Position numbers and translations under genes: made by a program
Shown here: one piece after another, positions 1-7,583 of the stretch
Position numbering within the stretch: the first letter of the stretch is position 1
Layout of the letters: the number at the start of each line of letters is the position of its first letter
The notes under the pieces: model-generated
The model's database searches: none
The model's input: only the letters and a program-made list of their open reading frames with translations
What the model was told of the DNA's origin: nothing
Origin: a crenarchaeote SCGC AAA261-N23
GTDB lineage: Archaea > Thermoproteota > Thermoprotei > Gearchaeales > Gearchaeaceae
Reading direction: 5' to 3'
Assembly: GCA_000375685.1 (NCBI GenBank)
Contig: AQVQ01000002.1
Coordinates: 1-43,601 of the forward strand
Length of the DNA: 43,601 nt

Positions 1-30
1 TCCTAGTCATTGATCAATTTTAGAAAATAA

Positions 31-189
31 TTATTTAAGCCTATTCATCCCCACCATGAATGGCGAGGCTTTCATTTCTTTGTAAAGATGATAAAGTAAA
101 ACATCTTGAAAATAATCTTTCTCAATATGTTCTCTGTTTTTTAATCCTTTGTTTTTTGCAACTTTTAGCAAGAACTCGCTATCTATCAA
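31..189 (-). pseudogene. AbiEii/DUF1814-type nucleotidyltransferase toxin, N-terminal remnant only
   Basis: The minus-strand translation from a TTG that overlaps the AbiEi stop (TTGA) reads LIDSEFLLKVAKNKGLKNREHIEKDYFQDVLLYHLYKE, with the EKDY-type N-terminal signature of AbiEii. All three frames reach stops by about nt 30-45. The expected L-x-F-K-G-G motif (ESLAIHGG) is readable only after a 1-nt frame change. Confidence 0.4.
49..90 (-). repeat. Copy A of a ~45-nt motif with a GC-rich hairpin
   Basis: The minus strand reads catctttacaaagaaatgaaagcctcgcc-attcat-ggtgggg. The stem 49-55/62-68 pairs with G-U wobbles. It shares gaaagcctcgcc (12/12) and catctt(t)acaaa with copy B. Confidence 0.45.
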
Positions 190-848
190 ACTATCACCCT
201 CCACTTTTCATTTTTCTTCTTTCCTTTTACTATTGGGTCGAGAAAAACAAATTTTTTGTCTATAAAACTTCTCAATTCAGAATAAACATCGTATCCTTGC
301 TTTTCAAGCAAGTAGCCAATTCTCTTTGTTAAGCTTCTTTTTCCAATTTTTTCCACATATTCTAAAATTTTCTCTACATTAATTTTTTCTAAAGCTTCTT
401 CAAAAACGTAGATTGGAACTTTTCCTATCGAGTCTATTATTGCTTTCTCTCTCTGTGCAATCGAAACTTTAAAACCTTTGTATTCTTTTTCTTCAAAACC
501 AAAGAAAAAATTTGTATGGAAAAATCTTATCGTTTGAATGAAATGAAAAGTTTTTGGAAGCTTGTTAGTAAAACAAAAAATTTCGTTTGGAATTTGTGAA
601 ATATCTCCGTAAAATGATAAAGCTGAAATGCTTGAAATGTAGCTAGGTCTTACTATAAAAGTAGCGACTAAAAAAGCATCTTCGTGCAAAGTATAAAGGT
701 CTCTTTTTATTTTTTTAATTTTTCCTTTTTTCAGAAGAGAAGAAAGAAGGAATTTTGCATATGCTTTGCTTTTAGTTATTTGAGAAACGTCAGCTAGAGA
801 GAAAACTGGCATGCTCGAAAATTTTTCCAAAATTATTATTTCATACAT
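186..848 (-). CDS. AbiEi-like antitoxin / COG5340-type wHTH transcriptional regulator
   Basis: 220-aa ORF. Its N-terminal winged-helix pattern (PVFSLADVSQITKSKAYAKFLLSSLLKKGKIKKIKRDLYTL) is typical of AbiEi. It sits directly upstream of an AbiEii-like N-terminus. The true start may be the internal Met at 812. Confidence 0.6.
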   Translation of the reverse strand: MYEIIILEKFSSMPVFSLADVSQITKSKAYAKFLLSSLLKKGKIKKIKRDLYTLHEDAFLVATFIVRPSYISSISALSFYGDISQIPNEIFCFTNKLPKTFHFIQTIRFFHTNFFFGFEEKEYKGFKVSIAQREKAIIDSIGKVPIYVFEEALEKINVEKILEYVEKIGKRSLTKRIGYLLEKQGYDVYSELRSFIDKKFVFLDPIVKGKKKNEKWRVIV

Positions 849-950
849 AACTTTTATTTGCAGTTAGTATATAAAAATCTAGACTTTCTGAAAATAATTT
901 TCTTTTTTAGAGTTTTTGGGTGTCTAATGATTTCTTTGGTTGTATAAATT

Positions 951-1000
951 CATCTTACAAAACGAGAAAGCCTCGCCCTAAAGGGCGAGGAGGAGGTCAG
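951..1000 (+). repeat. Copy B of the hairpin motif
   Basis: Sequence is catcttacaaaacgagaaagCCTCGCCCtaaaGGGCGAGGaggaggtcag. It has a perfect 8-bp stem with a 4-nt loop at 971-990. This is the most GC-rich spot in an otherwise AT-rich intergenic region. Confidence 0.5.
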
Positions 1001-1250
1001 GAATTTGTTTTGGAAACATTAAGAAAGGAAAATAAAATGGTTAGAAAAGGAAATTAGAATGTGATTAAATGCTAAAATAAATAAATACATTCCTAGTGAG
1101 ATTAAAGACTTCATTGAAACCAAAAATGTTTGTGTTAAGAAGAAGCCAAGAGCTTCAACTGTAAATTATGTGAAATGTATATCTTTTCCTATGCATAGTA
1201 ATCAATTTTAATTAAATCTTTATATGCATATTAAAATTGGTCTACAAGAT

Positions 1251-1260
1251 TTTAAATAAA
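1251..1260 (+). promoter_or_regulatory. Putative TATA box for the VapB-like gene
   Basis: TTTAAATAAA lies 28 nt upstream of the ATG at 1279, which is leaderless-type spacing. Confidence 0.3.
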
Positions 1261-1278
1261 CATATGCATTATGTATTT

Positions 1279-1512
1279 ATGCCAAAAGTAATAACTATTT
1301 CAGAAGAAGTATATGAAAAGCTTTCTAAATTGAAAAAGGGAAGGTCTTTTAGCAAGACAATAGATGAACTAATTGAATTTTATGTATCTAATAAGAAAGG
1401 CAACAAAGAAATTCTATGGGAAATGTTTGGAGCAATATCAGAGGAAGAAGCCAATGAGTTAGAAAAAGAGGTAACTAAATTCAGAAAAAGCTTTATTTTA
1501 AGAGAAAATTGA
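1279..1512 (+). CDS. VapB-type antitoxin (PF02697/DUF217-like), orphan
   Basis: MPKVITISEEVYEKLSKLKKGRSFSKTIDELIEFY matches the archaeal 70-80-aa VapB antitoxin pattern. I prefer the ATG at 1279 over the TTG at 1237. No PIN/VapC ORF follows. Confidence 0.55.
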   Translation: MPKVITISEEVYEKLSKLKKGRSFSKTIDELIEFYVSNKKGNKEILWEMFGAISEEEANELEKEVTKFRKSFILREN

Positions 1513-1525
1513 AGTCATAAGGTCT

Positions 1526-1574
1526 CTACATCAATTAAAAAGAACGCTCGTCCTTTAGGACTTGTATAGGTCAG
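1526..1574 (+). repeat. Copy C (degenerate) of the hairpin motif
   Basis: Sequence is ctacatcaattaaaaagaacgctcGTCCtttaGGACttgtataggtcag. It aligns with copy B, sharing ctcg.cc, the hairpin position and the terminal aggtcag. It has the same orientation as B. Confidence 0.35.
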
Positions 1575-1633
1575 TTTTGATAGAGATTATTATTTATAAA
1601 AAAGTAAGATAGCAAATTTAAAGCGATCAGTTT

Positions 1634-1984
1634 TTAAACTTTTATAATGTCGTTTTTAATGAATTTTTTATACCAATTCTCGTATTCTAAAGGCTTAACT
1701 AAATGGATTTGAAAAATCCCTTTTTCAAAATCTTTTAAAATCTTCGCCTTAATTTTAGCTTGTTCAATAACATTATCTGTAATTTTTTCAGAAACGATCA
1801 TAATATCTATATCGCTCATAGGATCATAATCTCCTCTTACAACGGAGCCAAAAACATAAACTTCTGCATCGTTTAACAATTCCTTTGCTTTTTCTTTTAT
1901 CATTTTAGCATAGAACATATAGTTATCTAGATATTTCTTTCTCAGTTTTGCTTCCTCCAAAATTATTTCATAAAAACTTTTCAT
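1634..1984 (-). CDS. Minimal nucleotidyltransferase (MNT) of an HEPN/MNT pair
   Basis: Carries the G-S-x(n)-D-x-D signature (VFGSVVRGDYDPMSDIDIMIV). The 116-aa ORF overlaps the upstream HEPN gene by 17 nt. Confidence 0.8.
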   Translation of the reverse strand: MKSFYEIILEEAKLRKKYLDNYMFYAKMIKEKAKELLNDAEVYVFGSVVRGDYDPMSDIDIMIVSEKITDNVIEQAKIKAKILKDFEKGIFQIHLVKPLEYENWYKKFIKNDIIKV

Positions 1985-2399
1985 TTGAAATGTTCTCTAA
2001 AAAACTTATCAATTTTTCAGAAAATAAGATTAATGCTTTAGCTTCGTTTTTATCGTATTCTTTTCCTAAATATCTAGAACTTAAATAAGCACTTTCTAAT
2101 GCTTGGAGCTCAATACTTCTTTCCTCGATGAATTTTTCTATTTCCTCTTTTCTATAGGCTTTGCTAAGCTCTTTCATAAGCACCGTTAATAAATGTGTTT
2201 TTGGATAATCGCCTGCTTTCAAATACAATAAATATTTTAAGAATAGTTGACAAGCTTGCTCTGCATTAAAAACGCTCAAATTATAGAAACCTTCTTCGAA
2301 ATTTCTTTTTGCAGATAGATAAAATTCCTTGGCTCTTTTCTTTAAAAAATCTTCACGCACAATAATCAAAATATTTTTAAACTTAAAATAACTATTCAA
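1968..2399 (-). CDS. HEPN-domain protein (COG2250/PF05168-like), partner of the MNT
   Basis: Helical protein whose pattern FYNLSVFNAEQACQLFLKYLL...LESAYLSSRYLGKEYDKNEA is typical of classical HEPN. No clear R-x4-6-H motif is present. The start is uncertain (TTG at 2399 or an internal GTG). Confidence 0.7.
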   Translation of the reverse strand: MNSYFKFKNILIIVREDFLKKRAKEFYLSAKRNFEEGFYNLSVFNAEQACQLFLKYLLYLKAGDYPKTHLLTVLMKELSKAYRKEEIEKFIEERSIELQALESAYLSSRYLGKEYDKNEAKALILFSEKLISFLENISNEKFL

Positions 2400-2472
2400 A
2401 ACTATTCTAAGCTGAAATTTGGCGCTGCTATTCTAAAGACGAAAATAAAATTATCCAAGAAATTATAATCTT

Positions 2473-2664
2473 ATGATTCATAGAAAGACCTTTAGAATAT
2501 TTTTGTTCATTTTTCTCTTAGCACTTCTTTCCTTGCTGATTTCTTTCATTGTTTTGATGAGCTTAAGCTTCAACTTCAATTTCTCTTCTTTGTTCAGTGC
2601 AGGAATTTCACTTTTAGTTTTAGTAATATCAATTTACTTTTTTAGAAAGGATTTGAAAAGTTAA
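2473..2664 (+). CDS. Small two-TM hydrophobic protein, hypothetical
   Basis: 63-aa ORF with two hydrophobic helices. An AT-rich TATA-like stretch lies about 25-32 nt upstream. No homology recognised. Confidence 0.3.
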   Translation: MIHRKTFRIFLFIFLLALLSLLISFIVLMSLSFNFNFSSLFSAGISLLVLVISIYFFRKDLKS

Positions 2665-2750
2665 ATATGCATTAAATTAAATCTTTCAATTAATCAACAC
2701 ATAAATAAATATATATAAAGATAATGAATTTAAAAACTATCAACAATAAG

Positions 2751-2763
2751 TTTTTAAGGTTTG
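2751..2763 (+). promoter_or_regulatory. TATA-type promoter element TTTTTAAGGTTTG
   Basis: This 13-mer is identical to 14958-14970. It lies 32 nt upstream of the ATG at 2783, against 31 nt for the second copy. Confidence 0.55.
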
Positions 2764-2782
2764 GCTTTAATTCTAAAATATC

Positions 2783-3112
2783 ATGAATTTGGACTACTTT
2801 GATTTAGTCAATATTTATAAGCAGAGTTTGAGAAGGAAAAGTTGGATCCTCCTCGATTCAATTGAGAAATCCTTCTTTAAGGCTTGCTTAATTTTTTTAA
2901 GGAAGTTTAAAATCAAGAGCTTAGCTGTGATTGAAAATTTACAAAAAATAATCAATAAGATTAGATCCTTTAAATTTATGGTTATTAACAGAGGAAAAGA
3001 GATGGCGATACAGATTCAGAATTCAAAAATTGCAGCAATATTTCCTGAAGTCAAATCGCTATTAAATGACAGTGACTATATATTTTGGTTAGGATTGAGA
3101 GCAATAAGATAA
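2783..3112 (+). CDS. Small helical protein, paralog A (family unknown)
   Basis: 109 aa. It aligns end to end with the ORF at 14989..15324, sharing LRRK.W, SFF.ACL and C-terminal YIFWLGLR. It is the first gene ahead of the envelope operon. Confidence 0.6.
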   Translation: MNLDYFDLVNIYKQSLRRKSWILLDSIEKSFFKACLIFLRKFKIKSLAVIENLQKIINKIRSFKFMVINRGKEMAIQIQNSKIAAIFPEVKSLLNDSDYIFWLGLRAIR

Positions 3113-3139
3113 AAATCTTTAACAATTTCAGATTGCAAT

Positions 3140-4153
3140 ATGACTAGCTTGAGGAATATTAAAAGAAACTTATTTAAGATACTGATTGTTTCTTTTATAG
3201 TTATTCTTATCTCAGCAAATAGTTTTGCGCATTTAAATGCACAAGCTACATATAACGAAGCACAAAATAAGATCATAGAAGCATACAAGTCTATATTATA
3301 TGCCGAGGAAAATGGAGGCAATATTACGAACTTAGCAAACATGCTCAATGAGGCAGTGCAACTTTTAGATATGGGAAATTACTATTCGAAAATAAACTCA
3401 ACTTTGGCCTCAAAATATTATAATGAGGCGTATTTAATTGCAGAAAATGTATCAAACCAAGCTCCTAATGTTGCAAAGGAAGGAATGATAAATCAAAGAA
3501 ATGCGATGATATTTTTCATATTCCAGATATCTTTGCTTATCGTCATTGGGTATTTACTTTATAGATATTTACCAGCATTGTATTGGGAACTTTGGTATAG
3601 AACGCATAAAAATTGGAAAATATTCAGATTGAAATCGAACAAAAGGAAAGCTGAGAACAAAGGTAGTTCGTATAAAGTTGATGAACAAATTGCTATATTT
3701 GCCTTAATAGTTGTGATAATCATTGGCGGATTCTTGGTTTCGAATTATTTTCTAGCGAATCTAAATAAGAATCCTTATTCATCTCTTGGAATTCTTGGGC
3801 CCAATGGGAAAATAGGAGATTATCCTAAGAATCTTACATTAGGACAAAACTTTACCCTTTATCTTTATGTTGAAAACGAAGAAGGGCATGTAATGTATTA
3901 TCAAGTTTTGGTAAAAATTGGTAATGCTACGAGCATAGTAAATCAAACTAATTATCTAAACGTTCCTCCTATAGCTACATATAGCTTTATTCTATTAAAT
4001 CATCAGAATGAAACAAGGAAAATTACTCTAGCAATCAACGTTACAGGAGAAAATATTAAGCTAATATTCGAACTTTGGGCATACTCAGTTAACCAGAATA
4101 GTTTTAAATACATAAATATTTGGGATCAGCTATTCGTTAATGTAACAGCATAG
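3140..4153 (+). CDS. Secreted/membrane glycoprotein with a DUF1616 C-terminal-type domain
   Basis: Has a signal-like N-terminus (KILIVSFIVILISANSFA), a helical ectodomain and two TM helices. This is followed by SLGILGPNGKIGDYPKNLTLGQNFTLYLYVENEEGHVMYYQVLV, which resembles the extracellular half of archaeal DUF1616. It contains many N-x-S/T sequons. Confidence 0.55.
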   Translation: MTSLRNIKRNLFKILIVSFIVILISANSFAHLNAQATYNEAQNKIIEAYKSILYAEENGGNITNLANMLNEAVQLLDMGNYYSKINSTLASKYYNEAYLIAENVSNQAPNVAKEGMINQRNAMIFFIFQISLLIVIGYLLYRYLPALYWELWYRTHKNWKIFRLKSNKRKAENKGSSYKVDEQIAIFALIVVIIIGGFLVSNYFLANLNKNPYSSLGILGPNGKIGDYPKNLTLGQNFTLYLYVENEEGHVMYYQVLVKIGNATSIVNQTNYLNVPPIATYSFILLNHQNETRKITLAINVTGENIKLIFELWAYSVNQNSFKYINIWDQLFVNVTA

Positions 4154-4154
4154 A

Positions 4155-4757
4155 ATGCAGAAAATACTAGATAAAGAATTAAGATCCATGATTTTAGGAA
4201 TGTTAGCAGAAGAATCTTTGACAGTCGATGAAATTGTAAAGCAAATTAGGTTTAAAACTGGTTTGAAGAAAAATAAAATATTAAAAATCATTAACGATTT
4301 AATAGATGAAGGCTACTTAGCTAAAGTCGATTATAATCCTCCAACAAGATTTTTAAGTTACTTAAAATCAGGTTATTCACTTTGGTTTTGGGGTGTTATT
4401 GCAATTTCTTTAGCAACACTTTTTACAATATACATAATGCCTCAAATTTATCCTCTGATAATTTTTAGATACATTCTTGGCTCAATTTTTATTTTCTTTT
4501 TGCCAGGTTATGCAATAATTGAAAGCATTTTCCCTAATTTAGATGAACTGGATAGCATTGAAAGGTTCGCTCTTTCAATAGCTATTAGTGTTGGAGTTGT
4601 AGCTTTGGAAGGTTTCATTCTCAACTATACACCTTGGGGTATTAGACTTGAACCTGTTTTGGTTGCTTTAATCTTAACTACATTCTCTTTTTCAATAATT
4701 TCAATATTTAGAAAGCTTCCTTATTTGAGGTTGTTGAATCAGGCTAAGGAAGCATGA
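4155..4757 (+). CDS. wHTH-like N-domain fused to a DUF1616 N-terminal-type membrane domain
   Basis: FFLPGYAIIESIFPNLDELDSIERFALSIAISVGVVALEGFILNYTPWGIRLEP matches the conserved LPGYA...IER...LNYTPWGIRL core of the DUF1616 TM half. Residues 1-60 look like a winged helix. Confidence 0.55.
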   Translation: MQKILDKELRSMILGMLAEESLTVDEIVKQIRFKTGLKKNKILKIINDLIDEGYLAKVDYNPPTRFLSYLKSGYSLWFWGVIAISLATLFTIYIMPQIYPLIIFRYILGSIFIFFLPGYAIIESIFPNLDELDSIERFALSIAISVGVVALEGFILNYTPWGIRLEPVLVALILTTFSFSIISIFRKLPYLRLLNQAKEA

Positions 4758-5452
4758 GGGAAAGCTATTCATTATTTGGAAAAGTATTAATTATATTTGG
4801 GATTATAGTCTCATTTTTCTTTTATGTATTTTATGGAAACATACCTTTAACAGCGATTGGAATTGGTGCAATAATTATAGGCATCGCAGCGATAATGCTT
4901 CCTGAAGAACCTATTCCTCCGGCAACAATAAGATCATTGATTGAAAGCTCAGCTTTAACAATCGAGGCAATACTTGAGGAACTTAAAATTGAATCCAAAG
5001 CTGTTTATTTGCCACCAAATGAAAGTTATGCCTCAGTTGTTTTACCTGTTAAAAGCTTTGAAAATTTGCCTTATGAAGAGCTTGATAGAAGAAACGTTTT
5101 CTTACTAATCAAGAATATACCTGCTATTAAATTCTATCCCCCTGGATGCACAGTGGTTAAAGGTATCTCAAATGATGATCTATCATTGAGTGAAGCTTTG
5201 GAAAAAGTTCTTATAGATATAACAGAAATTTGCTCAAAAGTAAGGGTTGTTGAAACAGGAGAGAACGTAGTTATTGAATTAAGCGATCCATATATGAAAG
5301 AAAAGCTTCCTTATTTTTCTAAGAACTTGGGTTCTTTGCCTTCAAGTTTAGCTGCATTAACGGTTGTAACAATAAAAAAGATTCCTTTGGAAATAGTTAA
5401 AGAAGAATTTCAAAAAAACAAAATTTACGTTTATTTAAGATATTTAGAATGA
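4754..5452 (+). CDS. Membrane-anchored protein, unknown family
   Basis: 232 aa with two N-terminal TM helices and a ~170-aa soluble domain. ATGA overlaps on both sides. Confidence 0.5.
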   Translation: MRESYSLFGKVLIIFGIIVSFFFYVFYGNIPLTAIGIGAIIIGIAAIMLPEEPIPPATIRSLIESSALTIEAILEELKIESKAVYLPPNESYASVVLPVKSFENLPYEELDRRNVFLLIKNIPAIKFYPPGCTVVKGISNDDLSLSEALEKVLIDITEICSKVRVVETGENVVIELSDPYMKEKLPYFSKNLGSLPSSLAALTVVTIKKIPLEIVKEEFQKNKIYVYLRYLE

Positions 5453-5694
5453 ATAAGCATACAAAATATTTACTCACACTATCATTAATCATAGTAATTT
5501 TGGATGTATTATTCGTTTTCTTCAATGTAGACAAAATTGAAGCTTATCTGGTTGCCTATGTTACTGTATATTTTTTCGTTTCTGAACTCTATTCTCCTCG
5601 AAGAAAATACTTCGACTATTTAGGATTATCTTTATTCATCATTTTCGTTTACATTGTTGTTGTATACGTATTCAGAGTGCTGTTTTTATCATGA
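5449..5694 (+). CDS. Small three-TM membrane protein, hypothetical
   Basis: 81 aa and hydrophobic. ATGA overlaps with both neighbours argue for translation. Confidence 0.45.
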   Translation: MNKHTKYLLTLSLIIVILDVLFVFFNVDKIEAYLVAYVTVYFFVSELYSPRRKYFDYLGLSLFIIFVYIVVVYVFRVLFLS

Positions 5695-7583
5695 ATTTTA
5701 AAAAGCAAAATATTTTAGGTATAATTCTAATAGTATTTCTTATTTTGATTTTAATAAACGGCTGGTATAGTTACATACCTTCTTATAGTCAAGTTAATCA
5801 AGTACAAAGTCTTAAAATTGCACCAAATCCTTCTGAGCTGCAATCAATGCCTGCTCCTAATTTGTTGATAGTTAATCTTTATATCAAGCTGATCGGTGCA
5901 ATTAAAAGCGGCAACTCCACTTTAGCATCCAAAATACTTGATCAGTTAAACTACGTTAACTATCCTTCAAATTTAAAGATCATTTTTGAAAGAATGAATA
6001 ATATCTTAAGTCAGATTAATCAACAGTTCATGCAGCTGAATGATTCTTTAAACGAAGCAATATTTTATGTTAAGATTTCTGATCTTCAATCAGCTATAAC
6101 TGTTCTCAATTCTGTCAACTCAACTTTAGCCTCTGTAAATTCAACTCTAAATGAATTGAATCTCGCTTACTCTTTAGTGTCCAATTCTTTAGGTGATGCC
6201 TCAGCTTTATTGGCTAAATATTTGGGAGATTTGAATGATGTTTATTTGAAATACTTGCAAGAGTATCGTGACTTGGTTAATTTTATAAACGAAATAACGA
6301 GCGGGGTTTTAAACGGTAAAATAATACCTACCTCATTATCTTTGAATGCAAATACAACTATTGCATATGTTGGTTCTGAAATTCTAATAAACGGTAGACT
6401 CATTACAGGAGATGGTAAAGGACTTGGAAATCAAAAAGTATCTGTTTTTCTGGAAAACATGCTTCTCAAGAACTTTACAACAAGTCAAGATGGTAGCTTT
6501 TCTGGAATTGTAAGAATACCGTATTTTTACAAAAATTCTACGTTTATTTTTGCTAGCTACTTCCCAACAGGAAATTATTCCCAGAAGTATTCTCCTTCAG
6601 TATCGAATAAAATAGAATTAACATTGATTTTTTATAAGCCTCTTTTGAACGTTTATGCGCCGCATGTAATTTATCCAGCCAAAAGTTTTCAGATCGTTGG
6701 AAACATTAGTCTTAATTCAAATCCACTTTCAAACATTACTTTAGTACTGCAAATCTTTAACAAAATTTATAAAGCCAAGACAAACATTGAAGGAAAATTT
6801 AACTTTACAGTTCTTGTTCCTGAAAATCAACCACAGGGAAACATAACATTTACTCTTCAAACTTTTGCTCAAGGCCTTATTGCCCCAGTTTTCTACACCT
6901 CAAAAATTACTGTAGAGAGAAGCATAATCGAAATTTCCATAAACTATCCTAAACTTACATTTACTGGAACGTATATAGTAATCTCAGGAAAGATAATTTC
7001 TAATGGTACTCCTTTGGCTAATGCATTAATTCAAGTATATGGTTATGGAATCAATTCCTATTCTTTAACAGATGGAAACGGAACCTTCGAAATTTATGTC
7101 AGTCCAAGCTTTCTTATTCCTATTGGAAATTGGGAATTAACGATATATGTTCAGCCAAAAGAGCCATGGATCTCTCCTATAAAACAAGATTTATCAATAT
7201 TCGTTTTCAATCCATTGGAAGTTATCTTGCCATTATCCATCATTTCCATGTCCATATTAATAAGAATTAATAGACAAGAAAGACCTCAAGCTTTATTAAG
7301 GGAAAAGGAGGAAAGAGTTGAAACTTACGAAGAATTTGATGTGAGTGACGTATATTGGCAAGCTACGTTATTTGTTTCACAGGTTACAGGAAAGATACCT
7401 AAGAAAAGTCAAACAATAAGAGAATATTTGAAGGACGTAAAGGATATTCTGAAAGGATACGAATACTATGAGAAGATAAGCTTTGACCATGAAAGGAAAG
7501 TATATGGCTTAGGTCTTAGTGAGGAAGAAATCAAGAATGACATTAAACTATTCAATAAGCTGAGGGAAATTTATGGAAAGTAA
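5691..7583 (+). CDS. Large surface protein: N-terminal TM, helical NST-rich region, three Ig/CarboxypepD_reg-like repeats, TM, cytoplasmic DUF4129-like tail
   Basis: Three ~90-aa repeats have the pattern I.G.h...G.PL.N..h.h......T...G.F. At least 14 N-x-S/T sequons are present. The C-terminal KKSQTIREYLKDV...ERKVYGLGLSEEE fits the DUF4129 pattern T.rEY....Yg.... Confidence 0.6.
   Translation: MNFKKQNILGIILIVFLILILINGWYSYIPSYSQVNQVQSLKIAPNPSELQSMPAPNLLIVNLYIKLIGAIKSGNSTLASKILDQLNYVNYPSNLKIIFERMNNILSQINQQFMQLNDSLNEAIFYVKISDLQSAITVLNSVNSTLASVNSTLNELNLAYSLVSNSLGDASALLAKYLGDLNDVYLKYLQEYRDLVNFINEITSGVLNGKIIPTSLSLNANTTIAYVGSEILINGRLITGDGKGLGNQKVSVFLENMLLKNFTTSQDGSFSGIVRIPYFYKNSTFIFASYFPTGNYSQKYSPSVSNKIELTLIFYKPLLNVYAPHVIYPAKSFQIVGNISLNSNPLSNITLVLQIFNKIYKAKTNIEGKFNFTVLVPENQPQGNITFTLQTFAQGLIAPVFYTSKITVERSIIEISINYPKLTFTGTYIVISGKIISNGTPLANALIQVYGYGINSYSLTDGNGTFEIYVSPSFLIPIGNWELTIYVQPKEPWISPIKQDLSIFVFNPLEVILPLSIISMSILIRINRQERPQALLREKEERVETYEEFDVSDVYWQATLFVSQVTGKIPKKSQTIREYLKDVKDILKGYEYYEKISFDHERKVYGLGLSEEEIKNDIKLFNKLREIYGK

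Noticed and set aside
60-332. ORFs on the opposite or overlapping strand of better-supported genes: 60..332, 3076..3348, 7683..7871, 8244..8447, 8425..8700, 8672..8992, 10907..11122, 15024..15242, 15498..15692, 17332..17610, 19916..20116, 21475..21819, 21776..21985, 25005..25196, 28451..28639, 29309..29533, 31184..31444, 31552..31737, 33383..33568, 33817..34149, 36811..36996, 38853..39044, 39629..39832, 41488..41682 and 42675..42944.
   Set aside because: Each lies inside or antisense to an ORF with clear family motifs. They have low-complexity, AT-driven composition and no recognisable motif, so they are most likely shadow ORFs.
971-990. The GC-rich hairpin CCTCGCCCtaaaGGGCGAGG as a tRNA or tRNA fragment (att site).
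   Set aside because: An 8-bp stem with a 4-nt loop does not fit any tRNA arm (5 bp with a 7-nt loop). No T-arm GTTC-type motif or acceptor stem lies nearby.
951-1574. Hairpin repeats B and C as integron-like attC sites flanking a VapB cassette.
   Set aside because: The elements are far shorter than attC sites and I could not find the GTTRRRY/RYYYAAC cores. Copy A is inverted and no integrase is present in the window. I kept this only as a remote alternative under the TA-patch finding.
2400-2472. Direct repeats CTATTCTAA (2403-2411 and 2429-2437) upstream of the HEPN/MNT operon, as an autoregulatory operator.
   Set aside because: This is plausible for a TA promoter but rests on two 9-nt AT-rich copies only. 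There is no supporting palindrome and the HEPN start codon itself is uncertain.
1210-2686. Shared AATTAAATCTTT and ATATGCAT motifs (1210-1229 and 2665-2686, in swapped order) in two intergenic regions.
   Set aside because: These are low-complexity AT-rich strings, and the different order and spacing argue against a defined element. Their significance cannot be assessed by eye.
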